Assembly: GCA_030390025.1 (NCBI GenBank)
Contig: CM059431.1
Coordinates: 113,090,001-113,154,000 of the forward strand
DNA length: 64,000 bases
Reading direction: 5' to 3'
DNA from: Squalus acanthias
Lineage: Eukaryota
Shown here: piece after piece, positions 27,888 to 39,300 of the stretch
Layout of the letters: every line of letters begins with the position of its first letter
Position numbering within the stretch: position 1 is the first letter of the stretch
Translations under genes and position numbers: made by a program
The notes under the pieces: model-generated
What the model was told of the DNA's origin: nothing
Database searches by the model: none
The model's input: the letters and a program-made list of their open reading frames with translations, nothing else

Positions 27888-28027
27888 GTTGTATGTTTCA
27901 CCAAGGAAGCCGCCCACAGTGGAACAGAAAGCCCTGAGTCCTTTAGAGTGGTGCAGACAGGTGCTTGATCACCCAGGCCATGAGATTGAGGCAGCAAAAC
28001 GATCATTGTGCTTTAGACTTGATCAAG
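27888..28027 (+). CDS. SLAIN1: SLAIN1-like coding exon 2 (140 nt)
   Basis: Acceptor tttttcatttatag|G, donor CAAG|gtaaga. Encodes (W)LYVSPRKPPTVEQKALSPLEWCRQVLDHPGHEIEAAKRSLCFRLDQ, matching the recalled SLAIN W-L-Y...PL.WCR.VLD.P motif. The EAAKRSLCFRL end resembles SLAIN1 more than SLAIN2. Confidence 0.92.
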
Positions 28028-28726
28028 GTAAGAACAATGCGCACAAAAGTTTCCTAAGTCATGCTGCTAACTGCAGTCTCATCATTAAATAAGCCTATAA
28101 TTGTACAATTTGTTTTTATCATGAGCACAGCATTTGTTTCAGTATTCGTTAGCTAGGGAACAATTCCCTCCATTATTCTAAATAATCCTTTATTAAAGTT
28201 AATTTAATCACAAGTCATTTGAGGAAGTAAAATTACATTAGAAAGAAGGTAAAAAGGGCACAGACGATGCTCAAAGCAGCTTGTCGGTTATGTAGGCAAG
28301 AACAATCCTGAAGTGTTAGCTGGCATAGAATCCTTGTACTTTTTACCTCCTGATGAGTTTGTCATGATTTGAATCATGCCTATTTTTCATGACTGTGATG
28401 GGAACTCTTTATATTTGCTCCGAGAGGAAGGGAAAGCTTCCATTGGTATTTTTGTACTGTTAAGAACATGATTCTTCATTGACTATGGGTCACATTGCCA
28501 GAGATTCATGATGTCCGCTACCCTGATTTCTCTATGGCTCCTTGAAGGAGTCTGGAGCAAGATATTTGCCTTTGAAAATGAAAGTGAGACTGTAAATACT
28601 GTCTGAAAAACATTTTTTTATTATAACTAAGTTGACTATATGTAAGAAGATACAGCATCACTTTATCAAACTAAAAACAGAATTTGTGGACGCTTAACCT
28701 ATAAATCAGCAGGCCTAAAGAAGAAG

Positions 28727-30547
28727 CCACTACTCAAGAAAGGAGGGAGACAGAAAACAGGAAACTGTAGGGCCAGTTAGCCTAACAGCTGTCATTGGGA
28801 AAATGCTGGAATCCATTATTAAGGAAGTAGTAGCATGACATTTAGAAAATCAGAATACAATCAAGCAGAGTCAACATGGTTTTATGAAAGGGAAATAGTG
28901 TTTGACAAATTTACTAGAGTTCTTTGAGGATGTAACGAGCCGGGTGGATAAAGGGGAACCAGTAGATGTAGTATATTTGGATTTCCAGAAGGCATTCGAT
29001 AAGGTGCCACATAAAAGGTTACTGCACAAGATAAGAGCTCAGGGTGTTGGGGGTAATATATTAGAATGGATAGAGGATTGGCTAACTAACAGAAAACAGA
29101 GAGTTGGGATAAATGGGTCAATTTCAGGTTGGCAAACTGTAACTAGTGGGGTGCCACAGGGATCAGTGCTGGGGCCTCAACTATTTACAATCTATATTAA
29201 TGACTTGGATGAAGGGACCGAGTGTACTGTAGCCAAATTGCTGACAATAGAAAGATAAGTGGGAAAGCAAGTTGTGAGGAGGACAAAGAGTCTGCAAAGG
29301 GATATAGATAGGTTAAGTGAGTGGGCAAAAATTTGGCAGATGGGGTATAATGTGGGAAAATGTGAAGTTATCCACTTTGGTAGGAAGAATAAAAAAGCAA
29401 ATTCTTATTTAAATGGGAAGAGAGACTACAAAATGCTGCGGTACAGAGGGATCTGGGGGTCCTTGTACAGGAAACTTTCGTTTATCCGGCACCCAAATAT
29501 CCGGAATTCTCGCTTAACCGGCAAAAATCATCCTCCGAAAACTCCTCACAAATAACCGGCAATGTTGCCGAGTCGCAGTCGAGTCTCCGCGAACGCCGAG
29601 TGCTCCGAAAAATCCTCTCAAATAACCGGCAATGTTGCCGATCCCGAGTCCGAGTCCGAGAACGCCGATTTAGTCAGTAGGGGTACTTTTCAAAAGTGCC
29701 ACTACTCGGCCTCCTGGCGCTGTCGCAAGTCCGAAACATTGCAGTAGCAGGAGTAGATTCTCCTGTGCTGCTTGGAGTCTCTTTGTTAAAAATAGCCTCG
29801 GTAGATATAACTCTCTGTTATCCGGTACTTTCGATAAACCGGCACCACGCCGGTCCCGTCGATGCCGGATAAACGAAAGTTTCCTGTACATGAAACACAA
29901 GTTAGCATGCAGGTACAGCAAGTAATTAGGAAGGCAAATGGAATGTTGGCCCTTATTGCAAGGGGGATGGAGTATAAAAGTAGGGAAGTCTTGTTACAAC
30001 TGGTGAGACCACATCTGGAGTACTGTGTGCAGTTTTGGTCTCCTTATTTAAGGAGGGATATACTTGCATTGGAGGCAGTTCAGAGAAGGTTGATTCCTGA
30101 GATGAAGGGGTTGTCTTATGAAGAAAGGTTGAGCAGGTTGGGCCGCTACTCATTGGAGTTTAGAAGAATGAGAGGTGATCTTATTGAAACATATAAGATT
30201 CTGAGGGGGCTTGACAGGATAGATGCAGGGAGGATGTTTCCCCTTGTGGGGGAATCTAGAACTAGGGGGCATAGTTTCAGAATAAGGGGTCGCCCATTTA
30301 AAACGGAGATGAGGAGGAATTTCTTCACACAGAGGGTGGTGAATCTTTGGAATTCTCTACCCCAGAGAGCTGTGGAGGCGGAGTCATTGAATATATTCAA
30401 GGCGGAGATAGACAGATATTTTGAGCTACAGGGGAGTTGAGGGTTATGGGGAGCGGGTGGGAAAGTGGAGTTGAGGCCAAGATCAGATCAGCCATGATCG
30501 AGGGGCCAAATGGCCTACTCCTGCTCCTATTTCTTATGTTCTTATGT
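28727..30547 (+). mobile_element. CR1 LINE 3' fragment interrupted by a MITE
   Basis: ORFs 28902..29258, 29259.. and 29862..30440 closely match the ORF2 at 4459-5926; ttcttatg tail at ~30530-30547. Confidence 0.93.
29468..29886. mobile_element. Tc1/mariner-pogo(Tigger)-type MITE, 419 bp
   Basis: Perfect 24-bp TIR caggaaactttcgtttatccggca with TA TSD; excision restores CR1 ...gtccttgTAcatgaaacacaag (LVHETQV). Confidence 0.92.
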
Positions 30548-31016
30548 AAGTTCTCAATTAGCCTACAATTTCACAATTTTAAATAATATATCTCGCTCTA
30601 TGTCAGGGTTCATTTTCAAATAATCTCTTCGAATTTGTTACTTATCTTCACTATAACAATGTTGCCTTCTTGAATTTGTTTTGAAGGACTTGCAATTATA
30701 TAACGTGCACTAATGGCACGCAAAGCAGCTTGTTGTTTCTGTAGGTAAGACCAACCTAGCTTCTGTTCGTAGTACATTGGTCTGTACTGAGGAACGCTCC
30801 AAGCTGTTGTCTCTTGCATCCTTTTCTCATTTATCAGTGTCCATTTTGGAGGTTCGGCGACCACAACTAGTTAACGTGCAGGATGGTTAAAATTCTGAGC
30901 ACCAGCAGCGATTCATTGTGACTGATGGCATCCAACAATCAATAGATGATAAAAACAAAAAATGCTGGAAATACTCAGCAGGTCAGGCAGCATACAGAGA
31001 GTGAAACAGAGTTAAC

Positions 31017-31879
31017 GGGCTCGATTTTCCGGTTCGAGGCGGCTTGGGTGCGGGGCAGCTGCCTTCCGGGTTCCAGTCCCGCCCCAACGACATCAGACGC
31101 ACAAACGTGATTTTTGCGTCAGTTGGCCTTGTTAAGCCTGCCCTGCGGGCTTGCCGGCCAATTAAGAGGAAGCTGGTGTCAGATGACGTCAGTTGATGAT
31201 GATGCGACATCTGCCGGTTTTCTTAAAGAGGCCGCGCACATTTTTTTTTTGACAACTGATTTCTCAGTGTTTGACAGCATTGAGGTGCTGCAAACACTGA
31301 CAATCACTGTACAAAGATGAGCTCTTGCACCCAGGCTCTCCAGTGACTCCCTCCTTAGGCTAGAACAGATGGCAGCTGCAGGTGAGGTTACAGAAGCAAT
31401 CTGTCACTGGTGAGAGAGGTTCTCCCAATGAGGTGGGACTACACATACAAATCAAAACTTGTTACCTACAGAGAAGTAGGTTAAAATGATTTTTCCAACA
31501 TTATCTTACCTCTGAAACTCACCAGTGCACCATTGGATCCTTCACACCACTTCTGCAGCTGTCATCAATGTAGAAACATTACAGTAGACCCACAACACAC
31601 CACACTTACCTGGCGTGGTGTCCGGACGTCAGGGAAGCCCACAGTAGAACTGTCAAAATTGCCAAAAACCTCTTAACTACCTGTTAATAAACTGTTAATA
31701 AGCAGTTAAGTGGCTATAATCCTCTTCCCGCCGCTAGGAGTCGGGTCCATGCGCAAACCGGGGACCCGACACTTGGGAAGATTGATTGGAGGTGGGTTGA
31801 CAGCGGGTTTCCGACCCGCTGTCAATCTTTGCGATTTTGCCGGATGTCCCGCCCCCTGAGCGCTTGCTTAATTCCGGCT
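31017..31879. mobile_element. Harbinger-like element nested in a Penelope P1 fragment
   Basis: Begins gggctcgattttcc. P1 sequence 30950-31016 (…gagttaa) resumes in degenerate form at ~31880 (taatgtgtccagttgttgaacttttgtcagaa). Confidence 0.5.
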
Positions 31880-33449
31880 AATGTGTCCAGTTGTTGAACT
31901 TTTGTCAGAATGAATCAATAGATCTGTTCAGCCTTCAGGAACCCAGAGCTGCTAATCTGTAATGTAGATGGGGTGCTTTTGTTGCCTGAAATATTAAATT
32001 TAAATTTTAAATAGGATAGGAATTCCAGATATAGCTTGGGCGTATTATCTCTTGACTATTGACCGTTCACCTAAACCTACTGAGAACAGTTCTATAACAT
32101 TAACACTCAACAGAATGAATCAAAATTGTTCATATTGTTACGATTTACAAAGAATGACACAACAGGGTTTACAGTATCTGATTAATTTTGAATAGCAGTG
32201 TTGTTGTTTCACATCATAATAAGTTCTTTGTGAAAGGCTAATGCTACAGGCTGCTGTTCAGTGGATCAAATGAGCTTTTGTTTTTTTTTTAACATCGCTC
32301 TGCCTCTTGCTGTGTATCTTAATGATACGTTTATATTTGAAGGCACATAAAAGTCATTGTGCTCTCTTCCATTGCAAGGGATGCTGGGATGAGAAATGAT
32401 CCAAATAAGGAAAGATTGATTAAAAAGCATTTGGTAGCAGATGTGGCTGATGAGTATTTTGAACTCTACAAAGAGCCACCCCGCCCCCATCCAGGCCTGA
32501 ATGTGTGACTATATATATTTACAGGTGCTCAGCCCTGTATTACTGAACACTGAGAAATAATGAGATCGTAAATACCTGAAGCACATCATATAGTAGTGTT
32601 CAGAGATTTGATTGATTGACTAGTTCTGTTTTACCGAAGAGGATGTTTAAAATTAACGTTGACTTATTCTGAGAGAAACCGGTAACAAGCATCACTTGCT
32701 GACATTGCCATCATTTTAGGCAACTATAATTATTTCACAGTAACAGTTAATGCTCTGCATGTTTCAAAATGTCAGTTCGAGAAACGGTAGAAAAGAGATC
32801 GCACAAGAGATATGCAGCAGGAAAAAGGTTTTATCTGGAACCCCATGGGCTATAAGGTAGAATAATAATCTTGGTTTAATGTACATTGAGGCCAATTTCC
32901 GTCTCCCTACTGTAGCAAAATGAGGCGATAATAGGAAGAAAAATAGGGAAAGACGAAAAAGGCCGACTTACTTCTGGAGGTCCACCTCTTCAGAATTTTT
33001 GAGCAGACGTTGATCAAGGCGACCAGCGCTCCCATCAGACGCAGGTGGGGGGGCCTCATAAATATGTGCAAATAGGGGTCACCTGACATGGTCAGGACCC
33101 ACAACGCCATTTTGGTTTCAGTCAGCACTACCATCGCTACTTCATCAACCCGCGCACAAACCATGAGCAGTACAGGTTGGGTAGCCGCCATTTATAGGGC
33201 TATTTAAAGGGAAGCTCAGCTGCTCATTTAAAATACAGTAAAAGCTTGGGAAACATTTTGTTGATAGTTTATAGCTTTTTTTTAAGCTACTTAGACAATT
33301 GTAAAATGCTTGTAGTGGTTGTACGCCCTTCTGAAATCTTAAGAGGCTTTGGCATCGCACTTTTTAAAAAAAAAAAAGGTTTGTTCTGGCAATTCCACTC
33401 TGGCTAGAGGAAGAGGAGCAACAACAGGAGGAAGGATCAAATAAAGTGC

Positions 33450-35200
33450 AGCTGGAGAGAGACCAGATAGAAGGAGGCAAGCTCAGAGGAATCCTTACCC
33501 TCTCGAGGGTATATAGGATACCTAGGCCCAGGACAACGTATGGGCTGTTCTCCGAGGACCAGCGTATAAGGAGGCTGCGCTTTTCTAGGGAGGCTGTCAC
33601 AGATTTGTGTCACTGGCAATTTTGGCATTGCATTGCCTGTCAAGGTCACTATAGCTCTGAACTTCTTTGCTTCTGGCTCCTTCCAGGCTACAACAAGAGA
33701 GATCAGTAACACCAGTCAGTCTGCAGTTCATTTCTGCCTTAAGCAGGTGACTGATGCCATATTTGCTAAAGCAAACTTCGAATGATACAGCACAGAAGGA
33801 GGTCGTTTGGCCCATTGTGCCTGTGCCGGCTCTTTGAAAGAGCTATCGTTAGTCCCACTCCCCTGCTCTTTCCCCATATCCCTGCAAGGTTTTCCTTTTC
33901 AAGTATATATCCAATTCCCTTTTGAAAGTTACTATTGAATCTGCTTCCATCACCCTTTCAGGCAGCGCATTCCAGATCATCAAAACTCGATGAATAAAAA
34001 AAATTCTCCTCATCACCCCTCTGGCTCTTTTGCCAATTACCTTAAATCTGTGTCCTCTGGTTACCGACCTTCCTGCCAGTGGGAACAGTTTCTCCCTACG
34101 TACTCTAATAAAACCCCTCAAAATTTTGAACACCTCTATTAAATTTCCACTCAAACCTCCCTGCTCTAAGGAGAACAATTCCAGCTTCTCTAATCTCTCC
34201 ACATAACTGAAGTCCCTCGTCCTTGGTACTATTCTAGTAAATCTCTTTTGCACTCTCTCCAAGGCCTTGACATCCTCCCTAAGGTGTGGTGCTCAGAATT
34301 GGTCACAGTACTCCAGCTGAGGTCTAATCAGTGATTTATAAAGGTTTAACATCATTTCCTTGCTTTTGTACTCTATGCCTGCATTTATAAAGCCAAGCTT
34401 TTTTAACAGCCTTATCAACTGATCCTGCCACCTTCAAAGATTTGTGCATTTAAACATCTGGTTGGGGGGGGGGGGGGGCTCTGTTCTTGCACCCCCTTTA
34501 AAATTTGCTATTTAGTTTATATTGCCTCTCCTCATTCTTCCTTCCAAAATGCATCATTTTACACTTCTCTGCATTAAATTTCATCTGCCATGTGTCTGCC
34601 CATTTCACCAGCCTGTCTATGTCCTCCTGAAGTCTGCTACTATCCTCCTCACTGTTTACTACACTTTCATCACTTTCCCCATGGACAGCCAGAAGCAGCA
34701 GGTATAGGGTTCTGGGGTTCGCACAGATTGCAGACTCCGCCCCCCCCCCCCCCCCCACAAAAAAAAGTAGAGAGGGTCATTAACTGCACCCACACCAGCT
34801 TGCAGGCTCCTTCAGATGAGCCTGCCACTTTCCTGAATGATGAGAGCTTCCACTCCATTAATGTGCAACTGATTACCAGCAGTGCATCATACAGGTCTGT
34901 GCCCACCTTCCTGACAGATGCCATGGCACATTTATATTGCGGCAATCCTCCAGCATCTTTGCCCCTGCACAACAAGTGAGAGGCTGGCTGCTTGCACACT
35001 TGGCTCATGACTCCTCTCAGGAACCCACGCTCAATGAGATCTATGGGTCAACTGGAGCCCAATTCGAGCAGACCATTGGAGTACTTGAGCAAGAATTCCA
35101 CTGCCTGGACAGGTTGGGTGGCTTCCTATAATACAGCTCACAACAACTGTCCCGTATGATAATGGTTTGATGTATGCTGCATAACTTTGCCCTGTAATGG
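33450..35200 (+). pseudogene. Decayed PIF/Harbinger transposase (HARBI1-like DDE), split by a CR1 insertion
   Basis: RVYR..RTTYGLFSEDQRIRRLRFSREAVTDLC; ALPVKVTIALNFFASGSFQ...SQSAVHFCLKQVTDAI. After the CR1: INCTH..QAP....FLN.ESFHSINVQLI; EQTIGVLEQEFHCLDRLGG; CMLHNFAL. The element probably spans ~32890-36440. Confidence 0.85.
33782..34655 (-). mobile_element. CR1 LINE 3' fragment inserted in the Harbinger transposase
   Basis: ORFs 33849..34262(-) and 34498..34758(-): LQEDIDRLVKWADTWQMKFN...ERVQKRFTR...GYGERAGEWD. Confidence 0.92.
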
Positions 35201-36447
35201 GGACAACACATGGAGCCACTATTAGACGAGGACCTTTAGCAAGATGAAGTTGACGACACTGATGACCTAGAAGATGGTGAAGGAGCAGGAGGGCTGCAAC
35301 ACCTGACTGCAGCCAAAGCTTCTGATGATCAATCCCTGCTGCCCTGCATTAACAGTCACGTCCAACATCAGTCCCAGTCCTTCCACCCTTCAATAAACTG
35401 CATCTGCCCAAAGGTCAACATTGATACTTACATCACCGAACATTTCAGGATCACCAGCTACTGCAGGAACATGCTGCACACAAAGATTTCAAAAGGTTTA
35501 TAATTTTACTGACTTACACAAATGCCTAGGCACCGATTATCACTCAGCTCATAGTGCCTGTCTTAGCTTCTCTTGTGCTTCTATGAAGTGCTTCCCAAAT
35601 GGCTACAGCATGGGAGGTAAAACTCTGCTGTGGCTCAGACCAGGGCTCTGGAGATACTTGTGGTCGGTGACTTCTCCGAGTCGGAGCTAAGAGGGACCGG
35701 CTGCAAACTGCAGCAACTTGATGGCTACCAAGGCAGCCTTGCCCAGCTGCTTTTCTGGAACCAGGATGGGTATTGATATAGTGGTTGGCGAGCGTGCAGA
35801 TGTGCTGTCATCCTGAGAGATGGCAACATGTTCCACTCCCGTTTCATGACCTCTCCTGCTATCGGGCTACAGCTCAACGCTCCCACCGATCTGCAGGAGA
35901 GCAGACTGTAAGGACCCCTGCGATCTGACAAACTCTTATCCATTCATCCTAGGCTGAGGAGATGATAAAGCCCACAGCCTCCTGGGCCCCAATATGAGCA
36001 TCCCTGAGAGATGCCACTATTGGGTGCCACAGATTCCTACAAGGAGGACCCAGTGCAGTATCTATTGTGCAGCTCCATAGTTGACTACAGAATGATGATG
36101 CCAAGTGCCAGAACCCCACACACGCTGTTAGTAGGCTCCTCCACCATCTCCGACATGTTGGGGTAGCTCCCTGGTAGGCAGTCTAATGCATTCAGCAATT
36201 GCCGGTGAACAGAAAGCATTTCTTCTTTTCAAGACTGGTCCCCTAAAGTCGTCATCGCGGTCAGATTCACTGATCTGATCCTTGAGCCAGGCAGGTCAGC
36301 AGCACTGTTGAGTATTGACCAGCCAGCCAGGCTCACTAATGGGACCCGCAGGGAGTTGGGATTATTTCCAGTCCACTGTAGAGAATCCTGCAAGTCAATA
36401 ACCTATCGTTGGTCTTGACTGGAGAAACAGCGGGAAGTCTGCCAGTA

Positions 36448-37182
36448 AAAGGAAAATACTGCAGATGAGAGAAATCTGAGTTTAAAAATAGAAAATGCTA
36501 TAACCACACCGCAGGTCAATCAGCATCTATAAAGTGAAAAGACAAATTAATGTTTAGGGTGTATTCCTTTCATCAGAACTGAAAACTAAAAGATAAGCAG
36601 GCATTTCTGTAAAGTTGGAATGATAGACAGAAAAAGGGTGGGGCGAGTAAGTGCTCCAATTACAGAGAGGGAGTTATTGGGTTGAATGACTTGCAAACTG
36701 TTAATAGAAGACTGTTGGGTGATATAGAAGATCGTCTCACTGAAGCAATGAAAAGACATTAAAAGAATAAATAAATGCACAATTTGAGAGGGTAAGAATA
36801 ATACAGAAGAGGCATCTGCAGATGAAAAGGCAGGAAAATGCCAGAACGAGAAAAGAAAATCTGCAAATCCGAAAAGAAAACCAAAAGTGCTATCTAAACG
36901 TAGTGGCTTGGGCAGTCTTGAAAAGAGACAAAGGAAATGCCGCCAATGGTACAGACCCACCCCCAACAACATTGTTTTCTGACAAAGGATCTAAGCCCTC
37001 CAGCACTCACTGCCCCTCGCCCACCCCACATCATCAGCACCCCCTGTTGTATGAAAAATGGATAATACAGCTAAGATCTGAAGTTGCTAAAGTCAGTGTT
37101 CAAACCAGAGGGCTGCAGGGAGCCCAAGGAAAAGATAAGAGACTATTCCTGGTGCTTGCGTTGAGTGCTGATTGGAACAGTG
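36448..37182 (-). mobile_element. Penelope-like element 3' end including the ORF C-terminus
   Basis: 37071-37163(-) reads QRKHQE*SLIFSLGSLQPSGLNTDFSNFRS*, resembling the recalled Penelope ORF end (R...EQ.LIF.LGTL.P.GLN..F). It is followed by a degenerate hammerhead (~36550-36580) and the P1 terminus. Confidence 0.75.
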
Positions 37183-37241
37183 CTCTGTGCTAATAGGCTG
37201 CTTGGTTCTAGTTTACCAAACTATCACAGTACAGTCCCCAC

Positions 37242-37362
37242 CAATGTTCAGCGCACCTCTCTGCCGGTCCCGCGCAGCCTGAGACCGGCTTTTACAATGT
37301 AAAGTTTTGCGCAGCCCCTTAAAGGGGCGGTACACCAAAAAAAAAATTAAGAGGGCGCATTG
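37242..37362. mobile_element. hAT-type MITE, 121 bp
   Basis: 8-bp TSD gtccccac (37234-37241, 37363-37370); ends caatgttc ... gagggcgcattg. Confidence 0.8.
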
Positions 37363-38113
37363 GTCCCCACCACTTACAATGTCCACATTTAAAACGGGCA
37401 GTCACTTATATTGGCCAAAAAAACGATAACCATTATACATTTAGAATAAGGCCAATTACAGAGTTGCCGGTTAAAGCGTCTTACGGGCTTCGTTTTTTTT
37501 TCGAGCAGAAACCGCTGTGCTTACTCACTAGTTTGCACCCCGTTAAGGTGCACTGAATGTAATAAAAGAGCCTTATCGAGGCAGACTTTATTTTAATATT
37601 TTATATTTTCGGATGAGAATCTTTCAAAACCTGCCTGACTATGTAGGTGATATCCCCGATTTAAGGACTGATCAAAGACTTACCGTTCCAGTGAATTTGT
37701 GCCTACAGTCCACCAGCTGTAATGAATGGCCCAGACTTGAAAGCTATCTGGTAAATATAGACTTCTGGTAACACCTGGGTATTTTTGTTACATTTCACTT
37801 GGTTTTTACTGATCTTTCAGCTCTCTTTAGCACGTGCTGCAGTGTGTATTTTAACCGTCTTCTCTCTGGCAGTCTTTAAAACTGTAAAATACAAATTCAG
37901 CCACCTGAGGCCAACTGACTGGAACTGAAATGATTTTTATTTTTATTAATGCTACCGCATTACACCTGCCATCATGTATAGCGGGCAAATCGTGTTTGCA
38001 CGTACACGCCTGCTATGAGCGGTGGGGATTGTACTTGGGGGTCTCTTAGACTCAGATCCTGCTAATACAGCATCTAAATGTTTTGTACTAGCATAAGTGG
38101 GATATGTCCCCCT

Positions 38114-38512
38114 AAAAAGAAAGAAAGACTTGCATTTATATAGCGCCTTTCACGACCACCAGATGTCCCAAAGTGCTTTACAGCCAATTAAATACTTTTT
38201 GGAGTGTAGTCACTGTTGTAATGTAGGAAACGCGGCAGCCAATTTGCACACAGCAAGCTCCCACAAACAACAATGAGATACTGACCAGATAATGTGTTTT
38301 TTTAGTAATGATTGAGGATTAATTTTTTTGACCAGGACACCGGGGATAACTCCTCTGCTCCTCTTCGAAATAGTGCCGTGGGATCTCTTGCGTCCACCTG
38401 AGAGAGCAGACGAGGCCTCGGTTTAACCGTCTCATCCGAAAGACGGCACCTCCGACAGTGCAGCACTCCCTCAGTACTGCACTGGGAGTGTCAGCCTAGA
38501 TTTTTGTGCTCA
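38114..38512 (-). mobile_element. tRNA-derived SINE, 5'-truncated
   Basis: High similarity to 56545-57007; (aaag)n tail at the left end. Confidence 0.88.
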
Positions 38513-38849
38513 AAATTATATATATATTTATCTCAAAATATTGGGAGAAAATACACTCCAGAACGGGCAAACAGAAACTCTGCTTGTGCGGATTTCTCAG
38601 TAGCTTGGTTTAGAGACATGGTGATGGGTTTCTGCTTGTGTCACATCTGACTGAATCCAAAATTGTTGGATTTGTTTTTTGACTGTTTTGCCAGTATTTT
38701 CCCCACTATATAATAATGCGTTTCATTGGTAAAGAATTTGATCTTAATAGCTAAAAAATGTCTTGAGTTGAAACATAACCGTGTATCCACTCATAAGTTG
38801 TCCAGACAATTGGGTATATTGGCCAAGCAGCATCTGATCAAATCAATCA

Positions 38850-39300
38850 ACTTGCATTTAACATAGAAACGCACCCCAAGGCACTTAACAGCGATAAAGG
38901 AGAAGGCACCAAACCTTTGTTGGAAGGGTAGAAGCGGTGACCGAAAACTTGGTTGAAGAACTATTTTTTGTTTTAGAAGAGTTTTAAAAGTGGGGAAGAA
39001 GGTAGAGAGGTGGAGGGACCTCCAAAGAGTGGGGCTGAGACAGCTAATGGTTCTGCCACTGAAGGTGGAGTGGGGGATGCACAGGATGCCAGAGCCAGAG
39101 GATCGAAGCGCATGAAGGGGAAGTAAAGCTGAAGAAGGCGAGACAGTGGAGTGATTTGTAGATGAGAATGAGGATTTTAACTTCAATCCATTGGGGACAG
39201 AGAGCCAACGGTAAATGGTGAGGTTGGTGAGGGTGAAGAGTGACCAGGGCTGCTTGTAGAATAGGATGTGAGCACTGGAGATTTGGACAATTTAGAGTTA
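38850..39300 (-). mobile_element. L2-type LINE 3' fragment
   Basis: Minus strand KILILIYKSLH..., G.TISCLSPTLWRSL; tail shared with 48000-48397. Confidence 0.7.

Noticed and set aside
33450..35200. Functional host HARBI1 gene
   Set aside because: Multiple stops, frameshifts and deletions, plus a CR1 insertion in the coding region.
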